A stretch of 64,000 nucleotides of DNA, from positions 2,478,606-2,542,605 of the forward strand of contig OW818642.1 in assembly GCA_942492875.1 (NCBI GenBank). The letters are read 5' to 3'. Position numbers and translations under genes: made by a program. Below the pieces are notes generated by a model. It was not told the origin of the DNA. It saw only the letters and a list, made by a program, of their open reading frames with translations, and ran no database searches. The first letter of the stretch is position 1. Every line of letters begins with the position of its first letter. Shown piece by piece: positions 1-7,300 of this stretch. This DNA is from an uncultured Desulfuromonadaceae bacterium (GTDB taxonomy: Bacteria > Desulfobacterota > Desulfuromonadia > Geobacterales > Pseudopelobacteraceae).

Positions 1-225
1 CTAAGAGTTTAATCATGGTCTTTTTCATTACATCAACATTTTCTCCAGATGTTTTGTGTGAGTACTCAAGAATTAGGAGTATATCTATGAAAGTAATAGA
101 ATAATTAATGATATTTTTATTTGCTATGTTTATAAAAATACGCTTATTCAGCCTGTTGATACTCACTCCTGAATCATTCTTATCTCCCTGTATAGTGGAC
201 CCCAAAATCCGGACAATAGTTTAAG

Positions 226-549
226 GTGGTAGCCTGCAATCAAAAGGGGCAGGCAATGAGCGAAAAAAAGCGTAAAAGTTTCACCAGTCAGCACAAGGCA
301 AAAGTAGCGCTTGACGCGATCCGAGGTACCAAGACGTTAAATGAGATCGCCCAAGAGTACACTGTCCATCCGACTCAGGTTGGCGAATGGAAGAGAGAGC
401 TGCTGGCGCAGGCTTCCAGTATTTTCGAAATCAAGCGAGGCCCCAAGCCTGATGACCCTTCCTCCAGCCCTGAGCGTCTTTACTCTGAGATCGGGCGGTT
501 GAAGATGGAACTGGACTGGCTTAAAAAAAAGTCCGGGATCGGCCAGTAG
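226..549 (+). CDS. IS3-family transposase OrfA (HTH DNA-binding part)
   Basis: 107 aa. The KRKSFTSQHKAKVALDAIRGTKTLNEIAQEYTVHPTQVGEWKRE HTH followed by a leucine-zipper-like LKMELDWLKKK is typical of IS3 OrfA. It ends just after the A AAA AAA G slippery site (523-530). Confidence 0.85.
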   Translation: MVACNQKGQAMSEKKRKSFTSQHKAKVALDAIRGTKTLNEIAQEYTVHPTQVGEWKRELLAQASSIFEIKRGPKPDDPSSSPERLYSEIGRLKMELDWLKKKSGIGQ

Positions 550-566
550 CAGACCGCAGGCACTGG

Positions 567-1472
567 GTGAGTCTGTTGGATCCCATGACGCTAACCCGAC
601 AATGCGCGTTAGCTGGTGTCGCTCGTTCCACCGTTTATTCCTCACATTTGGTCGCCGAGCCAAATGAACTAGAATTGTTGTTACTGGCGTTGATTGATGC
701 CGAATATACGCTCCATCCGTTCTATGGTAGTCGCAAAATGGTCGTACATCTGGGCAAAGCAGGCTATCCGGTCAACCGGAAGCGGGTTCAACGACTGATG
801 AGGATCCTGGGATTGGCTGGTATGGCACCAGGCCCTAATACCAGCCGGCCTCACCCTCAGCACAAGATCTATCCGTACCTGCTCAGAGGCGTGAACGTGA
901 CACGACCGAATCAGGTGTGGAGTACCGATATCACTTATATTCGCCTGCCACGAGGCTTTGCGTATCTGGCAGCCGTAATCGACTGGTACTCACGTAAAGT
1001 GTTGGCGTGGCGATTGTCAAACTCACTCGATAGCGAATTTTGCGTTGACTGCCTGGAACAGTCGCTTCGGTCATACGGCACACCGGAGATCTTTAATACA
1101 GACCAAGGGTGTCAGTTCACGAGCGATGCTTTTACCGGCGTCCTCAAGTTACACGACATCGCTATCAGCATGGATGGTCGCGGTCGGGCATTGGATAATA
1201 TCTTTGTCGAACGGCTCTGGCGAAGCGTCAAGCATGAGGATATATACCTGAAAGGGTATGTCAGCATGCCGGGATTACAACTGGGCTTGACAGAATATTT
1301 TGAGTTCTACAATACCGAAAGGCCCCATCAATCTTTGGGTAACCGAACACCGATTCAGGTCTACCAAACAGCCAGCGGCGGCGGAGCAAGAATCGTAGAC
1401 AAATTCAAAGAACGAAAAACGTTTTTAGAGGTAGAACCAAAATCAAAGGCAGAAGCTACCACCTTAAACTAG
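567..1472 (+). CDS. IS3-family transposase OrfB (DDE integrase core); expressed as OrfAB fusion by -1 frameshift at 523-530
   Basis: 301 aa with DDE motifs (WSTDITYI ... DQGCQFTS ... ERLWRSVKHE). Lies in the -1 frame relative to orfA. The upstream part of that frame is open back to a TAA just before the A8 run. Confidence 0.85.
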   Translation: MSLLDPMTLTRQCALAGVARSTVYSSHLVAEPNELELLLLALIDAEYTLHPFYGSRKMVVHLGKAGYPVNRKRVQRLMRILGLAGMAPGPNTSRPHPQHKIYPYLLRGVNVTRPNQVWSTDITYIRLPRGFAYLAAVIDWYSRKVLAWRLSNSLDSEFCVDCLEQSLRSYGTPEIFNTDQGCQFTSDAFTGVLKLHDIAISMDGRGRALDNIFVERLWRSVKHEDIYLKGYVSMPGLQLGLTEYFEFYNTERPHQSLGNRTPIQVYQTASGGGARIVDKFKERKTFLEVEPKSKAEATTLN

Positions 1473-1802
1473 ACGGATTATTGTCTTGACCAAAGGGTCC
1501 ACTAAACTGCACATAGTTAAGCTTGTATGTCTCACCAAAAAAATCCACTTTCTTTTCTTCAAATATTTTAGATGATATTTTAACAATTGCTTTTTTACTC
1601 TTATCATCATATTCGATGGTTTTTGCAACGGGTAGATTTGGTTCAATATAAATAATAGTATGTTCTGTGTTATCAAGTTCAAACCTTTGCTTATTTAATT
1701 GTAGCTGATCAATAAGTTTAGGAGCATTTTCGGTATTCACATCTCTGATCGTATCAATTGTTCCCTGTATGAATTTGTAACGCCTCAGTCGGAATTGGAC
1801 TT

Positions 1803-2540
1803 TCAGGCCGCTTGATCTAATGGTAAGTCAGCTTCCCCTGAAGGCCTGATTTCAGAATAAGCTTGCTGTCGTTTTTGTTTTCTCAGTTCTCTGGCTTCTT
1901 CAAGTTTTCTGTCACGCTCTTTGAATATTTCCAGGTCTCTGCCATTCAGTTTGTCGGCGGGTGCAACGTAGCCAATTGCGCTGTGCAGTCTGACGGTGTT
2001 GTAGTGTTCGATGTACTTTTCTACTATCCGGCGAGCATCGTCAAGGGAAAGCGGGACACCCGGACGGATGCACTCAGTCTTGATGGTCTTGTGAAATCGT
2101 TCCAGCTTACCGTTTGACTGCGGATAGAACGGAGAAGTCCGTACATGCGTCATTCCGGAGATACGAATGAATTCCTTGAAATCCTTGGCAATAAACTGCG
2201 GCCCGTTGTCGGAAATGATCCGTGGTCGTGCAGCAGGGTATTTCTCTTTGGCTCGCTGCAGAATGATTTCAATATCTGGTTCCGTCATCTGCTCTCTGAT
2301 CTCCCAATGGATAATGGAACGACTGCAACCATCCAGGAAGCTGCACAGGTAGTAGAAAGTGCCACGGATGTTGAGGTAAGAAACATCCACGTGCCAGTGG
2401 TCATGAGGTAGCAGCGGCTGTACGAAACCGGTGCCTTTGAGAGACGGCTTCTGATTCCATTTGTTAAGCAAGCCTGCTTTTGAAAGAACGCGCCAGGTGC
2501 TGGAAGGGCTGACAGCCACAACATCCTGATCCAGCATCAT
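1803..2540 (-). CDS. IS3-family transposase OrfB of IS-B (DDE core; N-terminal part encoded upstream in another frame, about 2540-2800)
   Basis: DDE motifs: HVDVSY, ISDNGPQF, NGKLERFH. The ORF begins mid-domain, consistent with programmed frameshift expression. Confidence 0.8.
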   Translation of the reverse strand: MMLDQDVVAVSPSSTWRVLSKAGLLNKWNQKPSLKGTGFVQPLLPHDHWHVDVSYLNIRGTFYYLCSFLDGCSRSIIHWEIREQMTEPDIEIILQRAKEKYPAARPRIISDNGPQFIAKDFKEFIRISGMTHVRTSPFYPQSNGKLERFHKTIKTECIRPGVPLSLDDARRIVEKYIEHYNTVRLHSAIGYVAPADKLNGRDLEIFKERDRKLEEARELRKQKRQQAYSEIRPSGEADLPLDQAA

Positions 2541-2809
2541 AAAGGTTAGCCGCCGGTAGCCCTCAAGCGGGTTGTCTATGGCGAATTTGATGATGGCTTC
2601 CCGTTCCCAGAATGCCAGCCAGAAGTCACGAGGAATCGGGGCGTTGTGCTCGTTAGCCTTACCGTACCGCTCGATCCAGCTGTAAAATTTGCTCTTTGAG
2701 ACATCCAGCCAGGATATGAAGTGTTTCAGCGGAATCTCCGCTTTGTCGCTCCATTCTTTGGTGTAATCGACAACGGCATCGCGAATGTCATGGGGAACCC
2801 AGCCGCCTG

Positions 2810-3118
2810 TTAAAGCTCCCCAAGTTCTTTTTTTAGCTTGATGTGCTCCTCCATCAATTCTGAGAGCACTTCATGCTTCCTGATTAACTTGGCTTCGAGT
2901 TGCTGGATTTTGACTTCCTCAACACGCTTTTGAGGTTTGTCTTCACGGGTAAATGCTGCGGCTCCATTCTCGAAAAACTGCTTTTGCCAGATGTAGAAAA
3001 TTGTTGGCTGAAGCTGATGTTTGTCACACAGATCTGAAACAGGTACGTGCTCGACCAGATGACGCCGTAAAATAGAAACTTTCTCTTCGGGGGTGTAATT
3101 GTGACGTTTCTTTCGCAT
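2810..3118 (-). CDS. IS3-family transposase OrfA of IS-B
   Basis: 102 aa with an HTH and a coiled coil (EEVKIQQLEAKLIRKHEVLSELMEEHIKLKKEL), typical of IS3 OrfA. Confidence 0.8.
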   Translation of the reverse strand: MRKKRHNYTPEEKVSILRRHLVEHVPVSDLCDKHQLQPTIFYIWQKQFFENGAAAFTREDKPQKRVEEVKIQQLEAKLIRKHEVLSELMEEHIKLKKELGEL

Positions 3119-3165
3119 GGACTTTCCTCCGTTCGTGATGGTTTATCACAAACGAACCAAAAGTC

Positions 3166-4503
3166 CTATTCACGCTGAGCCAATACAAATTCTCTCTTAT
3201 CCTTGTCATCTTTTCCTTCAGCTAAGGACATCAAATTGTGTTGCAGCTTAACAAAAGGATCCTTTTCCTTTTTGCCCGAACCAATTGCTAAAAATGGCTC
3301 TGTCACTTTTTTAGCTTTTAAGACACCGTTGTCGTAAATAAATCGGAGTTCACTATTTAACGGTGAAATTATGTCTTGAACCTGATCTTTGAATGCTTTA
3401 AAGGCAGGAGATTTGGCAATGAAATGGTTCCTTGTCACATCCAGGAATTTTTTCATGTTCTTATGAGAAATCTCTGCAAAGATCCAATTCCTTAAAGGAT
3501 CGTGAATAATATGTTTACCGCCTTGATATGTTAGGTAATCCGACTCCTTTACCAAGACGTTTTTATTCCTAATCCACAATCCAGTCTCTTTTTCAGTATC
3601 TGCTGATTGGAGGTCACGGTTGGAATGGAGAATGAAATAACCGAAGTCAGGTGTAGTGTCACATTTGAATAACCGCAGTTTTGTGTCAGTAGTAAATCGA
3701 GGAAAATATTTTTTTAGAGGTTTAATATCAGTTTCTCGGCCTACGCCGAAGAAATATTCTACTGTAGGAAATAATGATTTGTTGGAATATAAGTCGAATA
3801 TTTTATCTTTATCAGCAGGCACTATATTTTTAAAAAACTGATCATCTGGATTAGGTTCAAGCGGTATATATTTTCTCAAATTGTTTTCGAATTGCGGTGT
3901 AAGGATTTCCTCAATGTCTTCCTCATATACACCTTCGATAATGATTTCCGTAAATGAGTTATAATTTCCTATATGTTTCGAAATTGTTTTCTTACTTAAT
4001 ATACTTAACGAATCACGGATATTAATGTTATGACCAGATGTAAGTTTAAAGAGTTTCTCTATTAAACTTAGACTTTTTCCTTCAGTTTCTTCGCTAAACA
4101 AAGTGCTTGATTCGACTACTAGCTGGACTAAGCCTTTTAACCCTTTAGGTTTAGTTATAATGGTTACTTTTTTTCCTAATTTAAAAATAGACATTAGACC
4201 CAAGCCGAAGTGGGAATATGCATTCTCGTCGGCCCTAGATAAACCATAACCAATGCTAGTTAGAACTTCTCTAAACCGCCCCTCGCTAATACCATTGCCA
4301 TTATCGAACAAACTTAAGTATGGTACTTGCTGGCCTTTGACATCTTTATTGCCAAAAAATAAAATGCACTTGTCCGCATGATTGTCCAAAGAATTTGATA
4401 TGGCCTCTCTAATCTTCATTGAGGTTGAGGAGTATACCGAGTTAGCTACGGTGGATAATATCCCTGCTTTTACATCGATTTTGAGAGCACTAGGTTTAGT
4501 CAT
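3166..4503 (-). CDS. GHKL/Bergerat-fold ATPase (Hsp90/MutL/MORC-like N-terminal ATP-binding domain) with about 300-aa uncharacterised C-terminal region
   Basis: 445 aa. N-box-like EAISNSLDNHADK, G1 box DNGNGI, G2-like GLGLMS. Very AT-rich. Its start ATG overlaps the stop of the upstream rSAM gene (ATGACTAA at 4496-4503). Its last codon and stop fall inside the IS-B terminus, so the native C-terminus may extend about 13 codons into 1754-1790 (inference). Confidence 0.65.
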   Translation of the reverse strand: MTKPSALKIDVKAGILSTVANSVYSSTSMKIREAISNSLDNHADKCILFFGNKDVKGQQVPYLSLFDNGNGISEGRFREVLTSIGYGLSRADENAYSHFGLGLMSIFKLGKKVTIITKPKGLKGLVQLVVESSTLFSEETEGKSLSLIEKLFKLTSGHNINIRDSLSILSKKTISKHIGNYNSFTEIIIEGVYEEDIEEILTPQFENNLRKYIPLEPNPDDQFFKNIVPADKDKIFDLYSNKSLFPTVEYFFGVGRETDIKPLKKYFPRFTTDTKLRLFKCDTTPDFGYFILHSNRDLQSADTEKETGLWIRNKNVLVKESDYLTYQGGKHIIHDPLRNWIFAEISHKNMKKFLDVTRNHFIAKSPAFKAFKDQVQDIISPLNSELRFIYDNGVLKAKKVTEPFLAIGSGKKEKDPFVKLQHNLMSLAEGKDDKDKREFVLAQRE

Positions 4504-5414
4504 TCTTTACCTTCCTCTTCAAAGATTTATCGTATTCGTATATAGCATAAAGCTTACTTTCAAATTCCTTAAAAGTGGAACCATATATATCCAAAAATGA
4601 TGTTCTGCTTTTAGTTATCATTCCGCCACGATAGTAAAACAGCAAGCTAAGTTTTAGAGCTCTTAATAAATAGTTATTCCAATGTTCGTTTGGATAGGCT
4701 CTTTTATTATTGGTTGCTTCCCTGTAGCCCATTGGGAACACCAGTACACCTTCCTGATTTAGAAGATTTATTTTATAGAAAAACTCTTCAGGCGAGTCTT
4801 TAAAATTATATAATACATAACTAGAAATTTCTTTGTTTGTATACTTTTTTGCCAATCGTATGGCTTTTAATACATGCTTCTCGTTGGACAAATTATCAAA
4901 TGCAAATCTTATTGGATCTAGGTTTATTTTTGCTAGTAGTTCAGCCTTTTCTTTCGTATACAGCCGTGCATCAATCCCTTGGTTGAAATCTACCCGTTTT
5001 CCAATCTGAACCAGCTTGTCAACATCACTTTTTAAGTTTGGTGATGCCAGCCAGTTGTTATCCCAAAATGTAAGCAGGGGAAGGCTTGGCGAAACATCTT
5101 TTTCCCAATCGTTTTTCACAAAAAAATCCGGCTCCAGAGTTTTAACTGCACAAAATTTACATTTTCTGATGCAGCCTCTTGAAGTAAAACTTATGGAACT
5201 CTTTAATTTTCTATTGAAATTTACGGAATAATCCGGGGGATAATATTCAGCGTCATTTAGAAGCCCTACATGAGGTTGTATCCCTGTGGATTCGAAAATC
5301 TTTTCAGGCATCAGGGAAGCCGCAATTCCTCCAATCGAAATTTCTGAAGAAGGATATTTCCATTGATAATAGGAAGCCGTATAGTGGACCCCAAAATCCG
5401 GACAATAGTTTAAG

Positions 5415-5855
5415 GTGGTAGCCTGCAATCAAAAGGGGCAGGCAATGAGCGAAAAAAAGCGTAAAAGTTTCACCAGTCAGCACAAGGCAAAAGTAGCGCT
5501 TGACGCGATCCGAGGTACCAAGACGTTAAATGAGATCGCCCAAGAGTACACTGTCCATCCGACTCAGGTTGGCGAATGGAAGAGAGAGCTGCTGGCGCAG
5601 GCTTCCAGTATTTTCGAAATCAAGCGAGGCCCCAAGCCTGATGACCCTTCCTCCAGCCCTGAGCGTCTTTACTCTGAGATCGGGCGGTTGAAGATGGAAC
5701 TGGACTGGCTTAAAAAAAAGTCCGGATCGGCCATTAGCAGACCGCAGGCACTGGGTGAGTCTGTTGGATCCCATGACGCTAACCCGACAATGCGCGTTAG
5801 CTGGTGTCGCTCGTTCCACCGTTTATTCCTCACATTTGGTCGCCGAGCCAAATGA
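5415..5855 (+). CDS. IS-A copy 2 transposase OrfA with frameshifted, extended C-terminus
   Basis: Identical to orfA of copy 1 up to ...LKKKSG. It then reads through in an altered frame because of the 1-bp deletion. Confidence 0.7.
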   Translation: MVACNQKGQAMSEKKRKSFTSQHKAKVALDAIRGTKTLNEIAQEYTVHPTQVGEWKRELLAQASSIFEIKRGPKPDDPSSSPERLYSEIGRLKMELDWLKKKSGSAISRPQALGESVGSHDANPTMRVSWCRSFHRLFLTFGRRAK

Positions 5856-6660
5856 ACTAGAATTGTTGTTACTGGCGTTGATTGATGCCGAATATACGCT
5901 CCATCCGTTCTATGGTAGTCGCAAAATGGTCGTACATCTGGGCAAAGCAGGCTATCCGGTCAACCGGAAGCGGGTTCAACGACTGATGAGGATCCTGGGA
6001 TTGGCTGGTATGGCACCAGGCCCTAATACCAGCCGGCCTCACCCTCAGCACAAGATCTATCCGTACCTGCTCAGAGGCGTGAACGTGACACGACCGAATC
6101 AGGTGTGGAGTACCGATATCACTTATATTCGCCTGCCACGAGGCTTTGCGTATCTGGCAGCCGTAATCGACTGGTACTCACGTAAAGTGTTGGCGTGGCG
6201 ATTGTCAAACTCACTCGATAGCGAATTTTGCGTTGACTGCCTGGAACAGTCGCTTCGGTCATACGGCACACCGGAGATCTTTAATACAGACCAAGGGTGT
6301 CAGTTCACGAGCGATGCTTTTACCGGCGTCCTCAAGTTACACGACATCGCTATCAGCATGGATGGTCGCGGTCGGGCATTGGATAATATCTTTGTCGAAC
6401 GGCTCTGGCGAAGCGTCAAGCATGAGGATATATACCTGAAAGGGTATGTCAGCATGCCGGGATTACAACTGGGCTTGACAGAATATTTTGAGTTCTACAA
6501 TACCGAAAGGCCCCATCAATCTTTGGGTAACCGAACACCGATTCAGGTCTACCAAACAGCCAGCGGCGGCGGAGCAAGAATCGTAGACAAATTCAAAGAA
6601 CGAAAAACGTTTTTAGAGGTAGAACCAAAATCAAAGGCAGAAGCTACCACCTTAAACTAG
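5755..6660 (+). CDS. IS-A copy 2 transposase OrfB (DDE)
   Basis: Identical protein to 567..1472. Confidence 0.8.
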   Translation: MSLLDPMTLTRQCALAGVARSTVYSSHLVAEPNELELLLLALIDAEYTLHPFYGSRKMVVHLGKAGYPVNRKRVQRLMRILGLAGMAPGPNTSRPHPQHKIYPYLLRGVNVTRPNQVWSTDITYIRLPRGFAYLAAVIDWYSRKVLAWRLSNSLDSEFCVDCLEQSLRSYGTPEIFNTDQGCQFTSDAFTGVLKLHDIAISMDGRGRALDNIFVERLWRSVKHEDIYLKGYVSMPGLQLGLTEYFEFYNTERPHQSLGNRTPIQVYQTASGGGARIVDKFKERKTFLEVEPKSKAEATTLN

Positions 6661-6929
6661 ACGGATTATTGTCTTGACCAAAGGGTCCACTAAACCGTTT
6701 CAATGACCTTATCTAGATCCCAGGTGAATAAGGTGGTGATAAATATCTTATCTGGCTCTCTTAAGCCATCTGGATTGCCAATTCCAACCTGACTATATAT
6801 TTCACACCCACGATGTTTATCCTTAAGCATAGATGAAATCTTCATTAAGCCCAACGGAGGATATACTGTCTTTGCAATTGGTTCTACCAACAAAAATTGT
6901 TTTGAGCTTTCATACATTACATACATCTC

Positions 6930-7193
6930 CTATTCTTTATCACTTAGTACATTAGGCCATTTTCTAACAATTCGCAGCACTTCCTGATCGTCTAATAGAT
7001 TTAGCATATTCATAAAGGCAGCGATTGCTAATGGAGCTTTCCCCGATCGCTCATATTCAATGTATGTTCTGTGCTTGACGCCAATCCGCGCCGCCATTTC
7101 CTTTTGAGATATCCGACACGCCTCTCTTGCCGCAATCAAATGATGAGCTTCACAAACTAAGCTACTGAAATTATAGGATTTATCTTTTTGCAT
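6930..7193 (-). CDS. XRE-family helix-turn-helix transcriptional regulator
   Basis: 87 aa with an HTH (ISQKEMAARIGVKHRTYIEYERSGK). AT-rich. Its stop codon lies 4 bp before the rSAM start codon, so it is translationally coupled and the first gene of the operon. Confidence 0.6.
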   Translation of the reverse strand: MQKDKSYNFSSLVCEAHHLIAAREACRISQKEMAARIGVKHRTYIEYERSGKAPLAIAAFMNMLNLLDDQEVLRIVRKWPNVLSDKE

Positions 7194-7207
7194 CGGGCTA
7201 TATTAGA

Positions 7208-7300
7208 TTGATTTTATTTGCATTACAATAAAAAAGATATTTTTTGATTTTATTTGTATTAAATATACATTTTTATGCATATTTTAAGCTTAAATATGCA
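7208..7300. promoter_or_regulatory. Candidate operator/promoter region of the XRE–rSAM–ATPase operon: two 18-bp direct repeats plus a near-palindrome
   Basis: TTGATTTTATTTGCATTA (7208-7225) and TTGATTTTATTTGTATTA (7244-7261) match 17/18, with starts 36 bp apart. Near-palindrome TGCATATTT(T)AAGCTTAAATATGCA at 7276-7300. All lie in the AT-rich leader 15-110 bp upstream of the XRE start. Confidence 0.4.

Larger units (their letters stand above)
191..1506 (+). mobile_element. IS3-family insertion sequence, copy 1 (IS-A), about 1316 bp
   Basis: Sequence 191-1506 is repeated almost exactly at 5380-6694. Imperfect terminal inverted repeats: TATAGTGGACC... at the left, ...GGTCCACTAAA at the right. 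Two overlapping ORFs (HTH orfA, DDE orfB) with an A8 slippery run. Flanked by a 3-bp direct repeat CTG (188-190 and 1507-1509). Confidence 0.85.
26..1740 (-). pseudogene. Small predicted membrane protein gene (about 135 aa when reconstructed), interrupted by IS-A copy 1; last gene of the AT-rich operon
   Basis: The minus-strand ORF starts at 1740 and runs into the IS at 1509. After removing the IS and one CTG copy, the frame stays open from 187 down to a TGA at 26-28. That is 50 more codons without a stop in AT-rich DNA. The downstream part contains a hydrophobic stretch (ITFIDILLILEY). Low-GC codon usage like the neighbouring genes. Confidence 0.55.
1791..3172 (-). mobile_element. Second, unrelated IS3-family insertion sequence (IS-B), about 1.38 kb; boundaries approximate
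   Basis: orfA (2810-3118) and orfB (1803-2540 plus an upstream frameshifted part) on the minus strand. Terminal IR-like match: GGAATTGGACTTTCAGG at 1791 versus the reverse complement of 3156-3172, TGAATAGGACTTTTGG (13/17). The element ends ...CA at 3172. A target-site duplication could not be confirmed. Confidence 0.7.
5380..6694 (+). mobile_element. IS3-family insertion sequence, copy 2 (IS-A); probably transposition-defective
   Basis: Near-identical to 191-1506, with its own 3-bp target duplication CCG (5377-5379 and 6695-6697). It differs from copy 1 by a 1-bp deletion (GGG to GG at about 5724) and a G-to-T change 3' of the A8 slippery run. A -1 frameshift here would now hit TAG after 6 codons. 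Confidence 0.85.
4496..6926 (-). pseudogene. Radical SAM enzyme with N-terminal B12-binding-like domain, about 370 aa when reconstructed, split by IS-A copy 2
   Basis: The C-terminal part (4496-5379) contains the CxxxCxxC motif (SRGCIRKCKFCAV). The N-terminal part (6695-6926, ORF 6690..6926) has VEPIAKTVYPPLGLMKISSMLKDK, a B12-binding-domain-like motif. After removing the IS and one copy of the CCG duplication the two parts join in frame (...DKVIET|ASYYQWKYP...). Residues 1-16 of the track ORF 4496..5428 are IS-encoded. Confidence 0.75.

Noticed and set aside
1456-1740. Track ORF 1456..1740 (94 aa) as an intact small gene
   Set aside because: Its last 17 codons (…QFSGPFGQDNNPSSLRW) are IS-A terminal sequence plus the target duplication. 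The real gene continues on the other side of the IS (26..187) and is listed as an interrupted gene instead.
191-6694. Interpretation of IS-A copy 1 … cargo … IS-A copy 2 as a composite transposon
   Set aside because: Each copy is bracketed by its own matching 3-bp duplication (CTG/CTG and CCG/CCG). The outer flanks do not match each other, and copy 2 sits inside a gene whose two halves are both present. These are independent simple insertions.
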